64,000 bases of DNA from Zancudomyces culisetae HAW-14-8 (Eukaryota; Fungi; Kickxellomycota). The notes beneath the pieces were generated by a model that saw only the letters and a list, made by a program, of their open reading frames with translations, was not told the DNA's origin and did no database searches. The stretch covers positions 868,001 to 932,000 of the forward strand of contig JBNJNM010000009.1 of assembly GCA_052426225.1 (NCBI GenBank), written 5' to 3'. The translations under genes were made by a program, and so were the position numbers. Below, one piece after another: positions 48,191 to 60,411 of the stretch (positions within the stretch are counted from its first letter, which is position 1; each line of letters starts with the position of its first letter).

Positions 48191-49501
48191 TTTGTGCCAG
48201 TACCTTTTTTTTTTGTCTAAAAAACATTTTACCCTTTTATTAATCATGGTTATGTTTTCCTTTCTAGACTTTTTTTTTTCAGAATACTCTATTATAATAA
48301 TTGATTCGAGTCTCATTCTAAGAATACGGAAAATTGTTTTTTAATGTCTTTTTTGGTTTATGGAATCTGTACCAGCACTGAAAGTCAATTTTGTTGTAAG
48401 TAATGCTATTGTTCTAATTTTTCAATTAGATGGTTACATCTGTAGCTTTTGTTTTACCATTTGTATTAATTCTAGTTCAGGTATATTCCGCTCTACCCTA
48501 ACCTCTAAACGGGAATTCCAGAGTGCCAGTTAAACTTTTAAACAAAAAAAGATAAATCAAAACAATTGAGTAAGTTTGCTGAAGTGACGCCATGATTTTG
48601 GATGGTGATAGAAACTTGGGAATTGTGGTTAATACTTCTATAGACCACTTGGTTTGACAACTGTTTATCAGCGAAATCATTTTGGTTTTAGGATTGAAGA
48701 GTTGACCTGGGTTTTAAAGATCCAATTTTGAGCGACCAAGGGAGGTAAAGTATTGGAACACTCATACAGTTATTTGATGGACAGTTTGCAAACTCCGAAA
48801 TGTCAGTGACAACAATACATCAGATCATTATCTTGAAACTTCATCGGGTTTTCTATTAAAAAGATGAGATATTATCGTTTTTCCGTGTCACATGTCGTAA
48901 CTCATAGTTGGCTGGCGGAAATATTTACATTAAAATAAATTCATGAGTTCTAGAAATTTCTAGACTTTGCATTAAGGCTCGAGAAATTGTTTTGCTTTCT
49001 TTGAAACATCAGAACTTTTATGCAAATCGTAAACTCTCCAATGGCATCATTTTTTTATGCCTAAATATTTATCATTATGCTGAAGATCAACAGTAGAGTG
49101 GTATAGTCAATGGCAAGAACTTAATTTATCTTGTTGCACTTTTTCATACGTTGGAAATGGATTATTTAGGGAACCCAACATTTGCCAGAAGTACAAGCTG
49201 CTTACTAATCGGTATATTAAAAGTAATAATATGTCATCGCTAAATTGCTTTGTATGCATATTTGGATTTGCTATACATTGTTTAGTGAGTTCTGCAATGT
49301 AAAAAAATGCCATTACTTTGCATTTGTACTTGCATCTGCTAGGTTTGTTTTAGTTGTAATGCTAAACCCCATTTTCTAGCATCTTGAACAAATATAAATA
49401 CGGCCAGATAAGCCTTTTATCTTTCCTTTTATTCTGTAGATCCATTACTTCTTTAACACAATCCAGTATTGTCAAAAGAGTACCAAGCGAAATATAAAAA
49501 A

Positions 49502-50092
49502 ATGTCATCATTCGAGCTTTTGTATTTTCCAATCAACAACGGTAGGGCTACCATCACCAAACTCATGCTGAACGTGGGTGGTGCCAAATGGAAGCTAACC
49601 ACCCCAGACTGGCCATCTGCCAAGCAAACTATGCCATATGGCCGCCTCCCAGTACTGATTGAGACATGCACAGACGGGTCCAAGTTTACATTATGCGAGA
49701 GCAAAGCCATTGAAAGATACGTTGCACACAAGTTCGGATTCCTTCCATCAGACGCTAAAGAAGCAGCCACAGCAGAGCAGTATGTCGATAACATCGCCGA
49801 CTCAATTGAAGCATACGTTGCATATAATTTTATAGAAAAATCTGATACCAGCAAAGAAAAGTTGATAAATACAGTTAAGTACTTGGTTAGCAAGCATGAG
49901 CCAATCCTAGCTGCAAATCCAAGTGGCCACTACATCGGAAATAACCTTAGTTATCCAGATTTTGCCATTTATTTATTGCACTCTGTATTAAAGCAAATTG
50001 GAATGTGTGATCTTATCTCTGATTCAACTGCTCCACATATGTACAAACTGATCAAGAAAATGAGCGAAAACCCCTCTATTGCATCGGCTTAA
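49502..50092 (+). CDS. Glutathione S-transferase (Tyr-type, sigma-like), copy 2
   Basis: Tandem paralog of 47606-48190. The ATG at 49502 (MSSFELLYF) aligns with the copy 1 start. Confidence 0.93.
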   Translation: MSSFELLYFPINNGRATITKLMLNVGGAKWKLTTPDWPSAKQTMPYGRLPVLIETCTDGSKFTLCESKAIERYVAHKFGFLPSDAKEAATAEQYVDNIADSIEAYVAYNFIEKSDTSKEKLINTVKYLVSKHEPILAANPSGHYIGNNLSYPDFAIYLLHSVLKQIGMCDLISDSTAPHMYKLIKKMSENPSIASA

Positions 50093-51364
50093 GTTTTGGA
50101 TTTTGCTTATTAATTTGTATTAAATTGAATAAACTGGTTGTTTAGTCGTAATATAATCGTTGACGAATTTTTTATGTTTGCATTGTGGAAAGTATTTATA
50201 TTTTTTTGCGTTAGTGGATTAAGGTAGGTCAGGAACTCTTTCAAAAGATATGACAAAATATTTATGTTTATTGAAGAAAAAAGGCTGTGAGACCTCAAGA
50301 GAGTAAAAAAAATTAAAAAAATTAAAACATGGTATGACGTCAAAGGTGTGAGTAAGAGAAGGGAAAAGGGGAGCATACCCAATACTGTTGGATCTATAAT
50401 ACATTGATTTTTACTGATATTTTTATTTCAATACAAAATAAAACTTGGTAAATAACACTAAAAATTGGACTTTTTGAATGTGGACATTGTTTTGTTATAT
50501 GTATGCTTAATTCATAGTTTAATAATCACTGATCACAGCATTGAGCAGTTTATTTCTGAAACGCTACGGGTGTATTAATAGTTGGAAAGTAATGTTGGGA
50601 ATTCAAAAAAAGGCTAGATGACAATTTGTTTAAAAATCGAATGAGAAAAGGTATACACAATATATTTGAAAAGGCTTGACCTAGTGTGCTTTACACACGA
50701 AAACTTTTATCATATTTATTTATGGTACTCTGATTTCTATAAATTTGTTTATTGTTAATGTATGGATTTAAAAAAAACAGTTGTGAGTACACAAAGTTGG
50801 TTGAAGCGATTGTCGTTTATGAGTTTGATCTTTTTTGTGTACTAGAGTATTATTCACCAATTCTTAAACAATAAAATGGAACTCACGTCTAAACCAAATT
50901 CTAAGTAAGGTTATGAATGTTTGTTGTTTTGTGGAGGTTATATTGTCTTATCACATATAACGACTGCCTGACAACTTGGTTTAAACAAATAATTGGTTAC
51001 AGTTCAAATAAAGTTAAAGAGCTAGTCAGAGTGCATCGGTAACATGTTGAAAAGCATGAAGCAAAATAATAATTTATTTTCCAGAAATAAGGTTTTGTAT
51101 TGTGAATTGGGACCTAAAGAATAAATTAAGCTATGAGTAACTTCTTATTTAAAGTCTTAATTAAATTATCGAAAAATGTGACATGTAATTTAAAGCTACA
51201 AGTAAAAGAGTCGAAAATCACAATTATTAGGAAATATTCGCAATTATCACCTGTGAGTACAGTTTCAACAATCTGTGATGAAATAATTAGTTTGGCTAAA
51301 TAAGAATAGTTTATATTTATGATTTAAAGCTAGAAGGAAATTGTGGAGCAAAAGTGATAAATAG

Positions 51365-52318
<954 letters not shown>

Positions 52319-52389
52319 GATAAATAGTTAAGCAGGAGTTTCTATCAATCAGAAACCCGACCAAGGAACGTGAACTACCCGGTCACGTC

Positions 52390-53850
52390 TGACAGTACTC
52401 ATTAAGATATGGCTATTTTATTTGTACGAAATAAAAACTCAACAAATCACACAATAGTTCAACATCAAAAATAGTAAAGTATATTTAATATTAGAAATTA
52501 TAGTGCATACAAACTTATACGAACTTACATTAAAATAAGCGGGATATAAGTAAGAATTGTATTTAATACTGAAATATAACAACTACATCGTTTTTAATAA
52601 CGAAAAAATTAGATTCCTTAGCAGAATACAGCTACCAGTGAACGCATAAGAGAAAAACATTAAAATAATTAAGCTAGAAAGTTAGAGTTTCCGAACTATC
52701 AGTTAATATAACGAGGTATGACATTAAAAAATACTTTGAGGCTTTCTATATTGAATATACTTTACATTGCGTTTTATACATATTAAATACGTCTAGACTT
52801 TATAATTAATATAGTTTTCATAGTGAAATTTTATATAAATAATAGTAAATACAATTCAAATATTCTTTTAACGGATATCATAACTAACAACTGTCAGAGA
52901 CCTGAGTATAATTTCATAATCAGTGCGTTACAATCGAGGTCTTTGCATTAGCTATAAAGATACAAGATAACTTTTAACATATCCTAAATGTTAAATACAA
53001 AGTATTGTAGTATAACAGTTACATACTTTTTGCAAGCGAATCAATATCGATTACAAGAATATAATCACCAATGAGGGCAAAAAAATTTATGGTTAAAACG
53101 ATCTATGAATTAAAGTGAATAGCAAACCGATAAAACGAGATGGGATAACTAAAAGAAGCATATTTAGCATTTCTTAAGAAAATATACTTCACATATACAT
53201 TATAAACGAATTAGATACAATTAGTACTTAATAACTAATAATGTTTTAATTAAAGTTTTATTAATATTATAACAGTTATAAAAGATATTAAAAACATTCC
53301 TATTGTAATAAATTGTAGATATTATAAGTTATCTGTTATATTTTTTTAGCTAATGTGATAGCTGAGTTTAGTATAGCACTGATTATGTCAGTTATACTCA
53401 GGTTGCGGATCACTTCACTGGTTCAGATTGCCGTAATATGAATGTTTTTAATACCTTTTATTATTGTTATGATAATAATAAAACACTAAGTAAACTATAT
53501 CAGTATCAATTGTTATTTGCTATTTGTAAGTATATAAAAACATATATGTAAAGTATTATCTGTTAAAAAAAGATAAAAATGCTATTTTCGTTGTCCCCTT
53601 CGTTATATTCGGTTTGTTATTCACTTTACTATCTTAGATTATTTTTACTATATATTCTGCTAGCTATCATTGGTAGTTATCTTCTACTAAGGAATCGCAA
53701 TTGATTCGCTAACAAAAAGTGTGTAGCCGTTATACTACACTATTTGAGCAATCAGAACCAGTGGCGAGATCTGCAAACTGAGTAGTACTGACATTATCAG
53801 TGCTATGCCAAACTCAGCCATCACATTAGCTGAAAAATAATCAGATATAT
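52390..53850. repeat. Cluster of abutting MITE-like units with terminal inverted repeats and a shared ~300-bp core
   Basis: Units 52917-53385 (TAATCAGTGC...GCACTGATTA) and 53386-53793 (TGTCAGT...ACTGACA, ~45-bp imperfect TIR). Cores 53000-53305 and 53432-53747 are inverted homologs; a third degenerate core lies near 52590-52800. Confidence 0.65.
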
Positions 53851-53891
53851 AAAAACATAAATTAAAATAAGCTTGAACAAATTATACAATT

Positions 53892-53896
53892 AAAAA
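53892..53896 (-). terminator. Pol III oligo(T) terminator of tRNA-Ile
   Basis: T5 on the minus strand, 3 nt after the discriminator base. Confidence 0.75.
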
Positions 53897-53899
53897 GTA

Positions 53900-53973
53900 T
53901 GCTCTGTACAGGGGTCGAACCTGTGACCTTGGCGTTATTAGCACCACGCTCTAACCAACTGAGCTAACAGAGC
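53900..53973 (-). tRNA. tRNA-Ile (anticodon AAT)
   Basis: Reverse complement GCTCTGT TA GCTC AGTTGGTTA GAGC G TGGTG CT AAT AA CGCCA AGGTC ACAGG TTCGACC CCTGT ACAGAGC A folds into a complete cloverleaf with A and B boxes. Confidence 0.97.
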
Positions 53974-53980
53974 TGCTTTT

Positions 53981-54314
53981 TGTTGTAGAATCTATAAAAC
54001 TCTAATGTTTGTTTATTATTTATCTTTTTTATAAGTATGGTTTGTGTATTTTCTTATTTGTTTAATACTATTATAACTTATTATTATATTATGTGATTAA
54101 AAAGATTATTTTATTCATTTTTTGTTGAGGGCATTCTCCTATACCCTGAATTATCTTCGATAATAAAACTAAATGTTATTCTACTTAATGACTAAAAATA
54201 TTGATTGACAAAAACCACAAGGGGAAAAAGGTACAATCTCAGTTAACTATACTAATATTAATAAAACTCAATAATTTAAATTAAAAATAACTATCGTCGT
54301 ATTCTCATACGACA
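53981..54314 (-). repeat. Solo LTR (334 bp), 7 bp upstream of tRNA-Ile; unit 1 of array B
   Basis: TGTTGTAGAA...TCTCATACGACA termini, TTTT on both sides; its reverse complement is homologous to 61862-62197. Confidence 0.88.
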
Positions 54315-54319
54315 TTTTT

Positions 54320-54708
54320 TGTTATATTTTTATTTTAACTTAAACTTTTATTAACTTAAAATATACTTGAACTTTATCCTATTCTCTTACTATACCAAAT
54401 ATCCGTTAATATTGTTATTATTAACTATTGAATATTAGTATACTGAATAAAAGAACTTATTACTACTATTTATTTGGATTAAAGATGTGTTTTATTTAGT
54501 GCTATTTCCCTGCACTTATATACTTTTACTGCTAACTTAAAAAATACTATTAAAACTATACAAAGATACATAAACTTTACTACTGAAAGTTAAAGCATAA
54601 ATTTGTATAAACTGTTTAAAACTTGTAATAAAAATAATAATACTAATTAAAAACATATGATTACTAAACTAAACTGTTTCAAGGAATGTCTTGGTTTACT
54701 ATATGACA
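54320..54708. repeat. Solo LTR (389 bp); unit 2 of array B
   Basis: TGTTATAT...ATATGACA termini; TTTT TSD (the right copy uses the T of the next LTR). Confidence 0.78.
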
Positions 54709-55101
54709 TTTTGTCGTGTGTGTTTATAATACTTACACACACGCTAAGAAAGGACCAACGTTGAACCATTGTCCTAAAGTGGCCTTTTCACCATTGTGGT
54801 TTTTGCTACAATTAGTGGTTCAACGTTGTCTATATTTTATATTTTATTACTATGTTTATATATTAATACTTTCATAATAGTATAAACTATTTTAGGAAAA
54901 AACCTTTAAATACGACGAAACAAGATTCTAAGGAATCTTGTTCGAAATTCACTCAAAATCATAGCGTTTATATATTATTAAATAAAACAATTTATACTAA
55001 AAGACTATAAAAGAGTACCGAGCCAAAATTAATTATACTCAGCCTCGTCGTACTGTAGTATATAAATTATAATAAAAGTTTTAAAAACATACGACAGAAT
55101 A

Positions 55102-55120
55102 TGGTGATCCAGCCAGGACT
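55102..55120 (+). other. Primer-binding site, probably tRNA-Val(TAC)
   Basis: TGGTGATCCAGCCAGGACT is complementary to a tRNA 3' end ...AGTCCTGGCTGGATCA-CCA. The Val assignment is recalled from fungal tRNA-Val(UAC) acceptor stems. Confidence 0.7.
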
Positions 55121-55183
55121 ATTATATTGGTCTAAAGGATAAATAATAAAATTAAATCTTAGTTTAAATTACTATAACATAAT

Positions 55184-58100
55184 ATGACAATACCAGAACC
55201 CAAGGCAAAGCCTAGAATGGCTATTTCTGAAGAAAAAAAAAGTATGGACAACATGATATTACAGCAACTCTGTAACATGCAAAGAGTGACTATGGAGCCA
55301 GAGAAGTTTAACCCGCTCGAAGAACTTGAACCTAAAAAGTGGTTAAAAAGATATGAGATGGCAGCAATAAACAATGGATGGAGTGATGGAAATAAGATTG
55401 AAAAGCTTGAGAATTACGTAGTCGGAAAAGCAAGAACATGGTATGATAGAATGTATACATCCTTTGCATCATGGGAGGATACTAAGCAGAAGTTTAATGA
55501 GAAGTTCGCAGGTGAGGAAGAAGAGTACAAAGCATGGAATGAAATGCAGGAGATAAGACAGGAGGAAGGTGAAGACGTAGAATCCTTATCTATTAGAATA
55601 GATGTAACGGCAAGACGCGCAAACATTTGTGGCGATAAAGAAAAAATTAAATATTTAAGGAAAGCAGTAGCACCTAACCAAAGAAAACTAGTAATGAAAA
55701 GTAAAGTAAAAATATATGAAGAAGCAGTCAACTTACTAATTGAGGAAGAACTCGTGGATAACATATGCTTCGATAACAGACCCCAAACTAGTAGTAAGAA
55801 GATTGAAGACAATGGAAGGGACAGACTGAACATACAGCCTTCTGATATTGAAACTCTAATTGACAAATTTAATCAGATTAGTTCTTTTATGTTAAAAGAA
55901 ATGAACGGATCCAGATTTAGATCATCACATACTTACAACCCACAGGAGAAGCGAGAATACCAAAAATCTAGACCACACTATAATGGTAAAAACAGATCTT
56001 ATGGTGATAGTCATAGAAATAATAATTGGGAACCAAAGGACCAACCACAAACTGAGATGAGCCAAGGGAATGCTAAAGGACAAGCCCGAGGTATTACAGT
56101 AGCCGAGAAAGAGATCAATTGTCTGGAAGTTGAATCGTTTAGATCTAATCCAAATAGTATAGATAATGAGGTTTATATCACAGAAAAAAGAAAAATTAAC
56201 AAAAATACTGACTCAATAGTTGAAGAAACAAACCGTAGGAGAAAAAGGCCAAACCAACGAATTGAAGCAGACTTGAGCGAAGAAGCTAATGAGGTACAAC
56301 CAAGTCAGACCGTTGCAGAAACAGAGCCACAACAACATTTGAATTTATCACCAGGTACAAATAGGTTGGGACAAGAACAAAACAGAGCAAACTATTCAAA
56401 TAATAATTCTGTAATTAAACCTTACTCAATAATGGAAGACCTAGCAAAAGTGAAAGCCTCAATCAGTATTCCACAGTTAATCAATATCGCCCCTATAGTA
56501 CAGACACAACTGGAAAGATTCAACAATAGGATTAACAACGAAAGGACTGTTGGCACAATATCAAATCAAAAGACTACCAATTGCAAAACAAACGTACACA
56601 TATATGGAAAATCAGTACCTACGGTTATTGACACGGGTGCAGCTTGTAGTGTGCTTGCAACGGCAATGGCAGATAAGCTTGGTATTTTTCCAGATATGGA
56701 TCCTAACGAATACATAATAACAGCTGATGGTAGTAGACATATGACATTAGGAAAAGTCAGTAAATTACCGATAAGACTAGCAAATGTAGAGTTTGAAACT
56801 GAGGCTCTAATAATGGACTTACCAAATAACGTTCTTATACTGGGAATGGATTGGTTGTCTAAATTTACAGCACAAGTAGATTTGAGAACAAATAGTTTGA
56901 CTATAACTAAAAACAATAACAAAGTTATGTTACCCCTACTAGTTAGCAAAGAGCTAAACGCGCAAACTTGGGACAATGAATCTGAGGACTTGAAGCTATT
57001 CGGTATAGGAAAAGAAACTAAAGTTATCAAGGAAATATCAACAAAGATTGACGAGATATTAGAAGACGTTATACATAAATACGCGGATCAGTTAGTAGAG
57101 GAATATACTGAACTTACAGTGACTAATGTTTTAGAACATTCAATAGACACTGGAGATGCTGCACCCATCAAACTAAAACCTTATCGGATCCCTAATGCAA
57201 TGAAAGAATTAGTTCGAAAAGAAATAGAGTTAATGAAAAAGAAAAACATAATTGAACCGTGTTATTCAGATTGGAGTGCTCCCGTTGTCACAGTTTGGAA
57301 AAAGAATGGATCTTTACGAATATGTTCAGACTATAGAAAGTTAAATGCAGTTACTAAAAAAGATAATTACCCATTACCAGATATAAACGATATATTTGAA
57401 GCACTCACAGGTTCAAAAATTTTCAGTACACTGGACGCACTTTCAGGATTCTGGCAAGTCAAATTAAAGGAGGGGGATAAGCATAAAACCGCGTTCAGCA
57501 TTCCAGGCGAAGGTTTATACTGTTACAATGTAATGCCCTTCGGTCTTTGCAACAGCCCTCCAACCTTTCAACGGCTGATGGAACGAGTCTTAGGTCCAGT
57601 TCTATGGAAGTGTGCAGTAGTATATGTTGATGACATTATTATATACTCCAAAGATATATACTCACATGCCAATGATCTTGCCAGAGTATTTGAACTTCTT
57701 AAAGTTAATAGAATTAAATTAAACAAGAATAAGTGCACATTCGGACAAAGAAGATTAGAATATTTAGGTCATGTCATAACTGAGGAAGGATTCTCTACAA
57801 ACCCAGAAAAAGTTATCGCTATGACTAATCTTCCTAATCCTAACAATGTTAAACAACTACAATGTTTCTTAGGGACGTTTAATTATTACAGAAAATTTAT
57901 TGAGAATTACACCAAAATAACTAAACCTCTAACATACTTACTAAGAAAAGACGTAGAATGGGCATGGACGGTTGAATGTGAACAAGCAGTAAACCTCATA
58001 AAACAAAAACTTACCACTGCACCAATATTAGTTCACCCGAATTGGGACTTACCTTTTATTATTACTACGGATGCATCTATTACCGGGATAGGAGCTATTT

Positions 58101-59965
58101 TAAGTCAAGAACAAAATGGTAACGAACACCCAATAGAGTTCAGAAGTAGAGGACTATCTAAAAGCGAAAGAAATTATTCGATTACTCACCTTGAAGGACT
58201 GGCAGTGATCTATGCAGTCAAACAGTTTAGGAATTATGTCTGGGGACATAAGTTTAAAATCGTTACAGACCACTCTGCTCTTATCCGTTTATTTGATTCA
58301 AAGGAAGCTACTGGGCGTCTAGCCAGATGGGCAGTTATTTTAAAGGAGTATGATTACACCCTTGAACACCGCAAAGGCAAAGACAACCCAGCTGACCTTC
58401 TATCAAGATGTCTTCCAACAGCCGGAGTAAGCAATAGTACATTTTTATTATATAAGGAGGAAGATAATAATTTAAAAATAAATAATGCAGATATTGAAGT
58501 AAAAGAACTAGATGTAGTCAAAAGCGAAAACGAAAACGAAAACGAAAACAAAAACGAAAACATCAACGAAAAAAAAAACGAAATCGAAAATAATGACAAG
58601 GTTAAAAAGAACAACAAAATACTAATGAATAAATACAAAGAGAATGCTCTCTTCACAATGGATATTCTAAAATATACGGCAATCAAAAATTTACTAACAA
58701 ATAATACTTATCCCAATAATGCCGACGAGTTGTTTAGAAAAAAACTACGAATGCAAGCGAATAGATACAAGTTGATAAATAACGAATTGTTTAAGTTTTC
58801 AAGTAAATTTGGAAATAGACAAGTTTTGAACGAGTTAAATTCTAAAGAAACAATCAAAAAATACCATGAAGAAGACCATCTAGGAATTAATAACACTTGG
58901 GAAAAAATAAAACAGAAATTTACTGGTCCTAATTTATTTGAAATCACGAAATTGGTCGTGAATTATTGCGATTTATGTCAAAGATACAAAGGATCATCTT
59001 CAAATAACAACTTTTTCACACCCATTATTGCAAAAAATCCATTCGAAATTTTTGGACTTGATGTTATTGGACCAATCAACCCAATTTCAAAACAAGGAAA
59101 TCGATATATAATAACTGCTGTGGATTATTTGACCAAATGGCCAATTGCGAAAGCTGTGGATAATATAAAATCAAATATTATTGTAGATTTCTTAGTATCA
59201 GAAATTGTATCACATTACGGAGTACCCAAACAACTAATTACCGACAGAGGCTCTAATTTCTTGAGTGATGTGTCTACCGAATTTTATAAGTTTTTAGGAA
59301 TAAATCATACTCCAACAACTTCGTATAGACCGAAATCAAATGGACAAGTTGAACGATACAACCAGTCGATAAAAAATGTTTTGTCTAAAATATGTAAAAA
59401 TGATAAAAGGAATTGGGACAAATATTTGTGGAAGACTTTACTAATTTTGCGAACTACCAAAAATAGATCAACTAACAAATCCCCTTCTGAACTATTATAT
59501 GGAACATCTTTAACTACACCCATTACTTTTAACACTATAGATACGAATGTAGATTTAGAAGAATCTATTATAGAACGAACAAAAATTACCGAAAACGAAC
59601 TTCCTTACCTAAGAGATATAGCAGTCGATAAAGTTACTAAAAACAAAGAGTATGAAAAGCGTAATTACGACAAGAAGGTTGTTGAAAAGATATTCGAATC
59701 GGGGAATTTAGTTTTAAAATTTAACGAAGTAGTAAATTCGAAATTTGACGAAAGATGGAGTGGACCATATCTTATAATACGACCAAATGGAAAGGGGACA
59801 TACATAATAAAGGACACTGATGATAACTACGACATTGTCAACGGTGATCGACTAAAAATTTATAACAACGAAAACGGAATTCCTATAGTTAGTTCTAGCA
59901 ATTTACAATCTTCCATAGGCGACCAACGAGGTATGAAAAATTTGACCGGTACGATCATTCCTTGA
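55184..59965 (+). CDS. Gag-Pol polyprotein (capsid, aspartic protease, RT, RNase H, integrase)
   Basis: VIDTGA protease; DYRKLN, MPFGL, YVDD RT; TDAS RNase H; HHCC-DDE-GPY integrase. PR-RT-RH-IN order; no CCHC knuckle or chromodomain seen. Confidence 0.97.
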   Translation: MTIPEPKAKPRMAISEEKKSMDNMILQQLCNMQRVTMEPEKFNPLEELEPKKWLKRYEMAAINNGWSDGNKIEKLENYVVGKARTWYDRMYTSFASWEDTKQKFNEKFAGEEEEYKAWNEMQEIRQEEGEDVESLSIRIDVTARRANICGDKEKIKYLRKAVAPNQRKLVMKSKVKIYEEAVNLLIEEELVDNICFDNRPQTSSKKIEDNGRDRLNIQPSDIETLIDKFNQISSFMLKEMNGSRFRSSHTYNPQEKREYQKSRPHYNGKNRSYGDSHRNNNWEPKDQPQTEMSQGNAKGQARGITVAEKEINCLEVESFRSNPNSIDNEVYITEKRKINKNTDSIVEETNRRRKRPNQRIEADLSEEANEVQPSQTVAETEPQQHLNLSPGTNRLGQEQNRANYSNNNSVIKPYSIMEDLAKVKASISIPQLINIAPIVQTQLERFNNRINNERTVGTISNQKTTNCKTNVHIYGKSVPTVIDTGAACSVLATAMADKLGIFPDMDPNEYIITADGSRHMTLGKVSKLPIRLANVEFETEALIMDLPNNVLILGMDWLSKFTAQVDLRTNSLTITKNNNKVMLPLLVSKELNAQTWDNESEDLKLFGIGKETKVIKEISTKIDEILEDVIHKYADQLVEEYTELTVTNVLEHSIDTGDAAPIKLKPYRIPNAMKELVRKEIELMKKKNIIEPCYSDWSAPVVTVWKKNGSLRICSDYRKLNAVTKKDNYPLPDINDIFEALTGSKIFSTLDALSGFWQVKLKEGDKHKTAFSIPGEGLYCYNVMPFGLCNSPPTFQRLMERVLGPVLWKCAVVYVDDIIIYSKDIYSHANDLARVFELLKVNRIKLNKNKCTFGQRRLEYLGHVITEEGFSTNPEKVIAMTNLPNPNNVKQLQCFLGTFNYYRKFIENYTKITKPLTYLLRKDVEWAWTVECEQAVNLIKQKLTTAPILVHPNWDLPFIITTDASITGIGAILSQEQNGNEHPIEFRSRGLSKSERNYSITHLEGLAVIYAVKQFRNYVWGHKFKIVTDHSALIRLFDSKEATGRLARWAVILKEYDYTLEHRKGKDNPADLLSRCLPTAGVSNSTFLLYKEEDNNLKINNADIEVKELDVVKSENENENENKNENINEKKNEIENNDKVKKNNKILMNKYKENALFTMDILKYTAIKNLLTNNTYPNNADELFRKKLRMQANRYKLINNELFKFSSKFGNRQVLNELNSKETIKKYHEEDHLGINNTWEKIKQKFTGPNLFEITKLVVNYCDLCQRYKGSSSNNNFFTPIIAKNPFEIFGLDVIGPINPISKQGNRYIITAVDYLTKWPIAKAVDNIKSNIIVDFLVSEIVSHYGVPKQLITDRGSNFLSDVSTEFYKFLGINHTPTTSYRPKSNGQVERYNQSIKNVLSKICKNDKRNWDKYLWKTLLILRTTKNRSTNKSPSELLYGTSLTTPITFNTIDTNVDLEESIIERTKITENELPYLRDIAVDKVTKNKEYEKRNYDKKVVEKIFESGNLVLKFNEVVNSKFDERWSGPYLIIRPNGKGTYIIKDTDDNYDIVNGDRLKIYNNENGIPIVSSSNLQSSIGDQRGMKNLTGTIIP

Positions 59966-60364
59966 GGAGGGGGTTGTCGTGTGTGTTTATAATACTTACA
60001 CACACGCTAAGAAAGGACCAACGTTGAACCATTGTCCTAAAGTGGCCTTTTCACCATTGTGGTTTTTGCTACAATTAGTGGTTCAACGTTGTCTATATTT
60101 TATATTTTATTACTATGTTTATATATTAATACTTTCATAATAGTATAAACTATTTTAGGAAAAAACCTTTAAATACGACGAAACAAGATTCTAAGGAATC
60201 TTGTTCGAAATTCACTCAAAATCATAGCGTTTATATATTATTAAATAAAACAATTTATACTAAAAGACTATAAAAGAGTACCGAGCCAAAATTAATTATA
60301 CTCAGCCTCGTCGTACTGTAGTATATAAATTATAATAAAAGTTTTAAAAACATACGACATTTTT

Positions 60365-60411
60365 TGTTGTGTGTTGCCATGTTTAAAGTCCCATTTAGTG
60401 TTTTTTACATC
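60365..60411. repeat. Truncated LTR, same family as 4767-5020; unit 4 of array B
   Basis: TGTTGTGTGTTGCCATGTTTAA..TCCCATTTAGTGTTTTTTACA matches the start of 4767; cut at 60412 by another LTR. Confidence 0.85.

Larger units (their letters stand above)
54712..60359 (+). mobile_element. Full-length, apparently intact Ty3/gypsy retrotransposon (5648 bp); unit 3 of array B
   Basis: 385-bp LTRs at 54712-55096 and 59975-60359, identical by eye; PBS 55102-55120; single gag-pol ORF; PPT 59964-59973. Confidence 0.97.
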
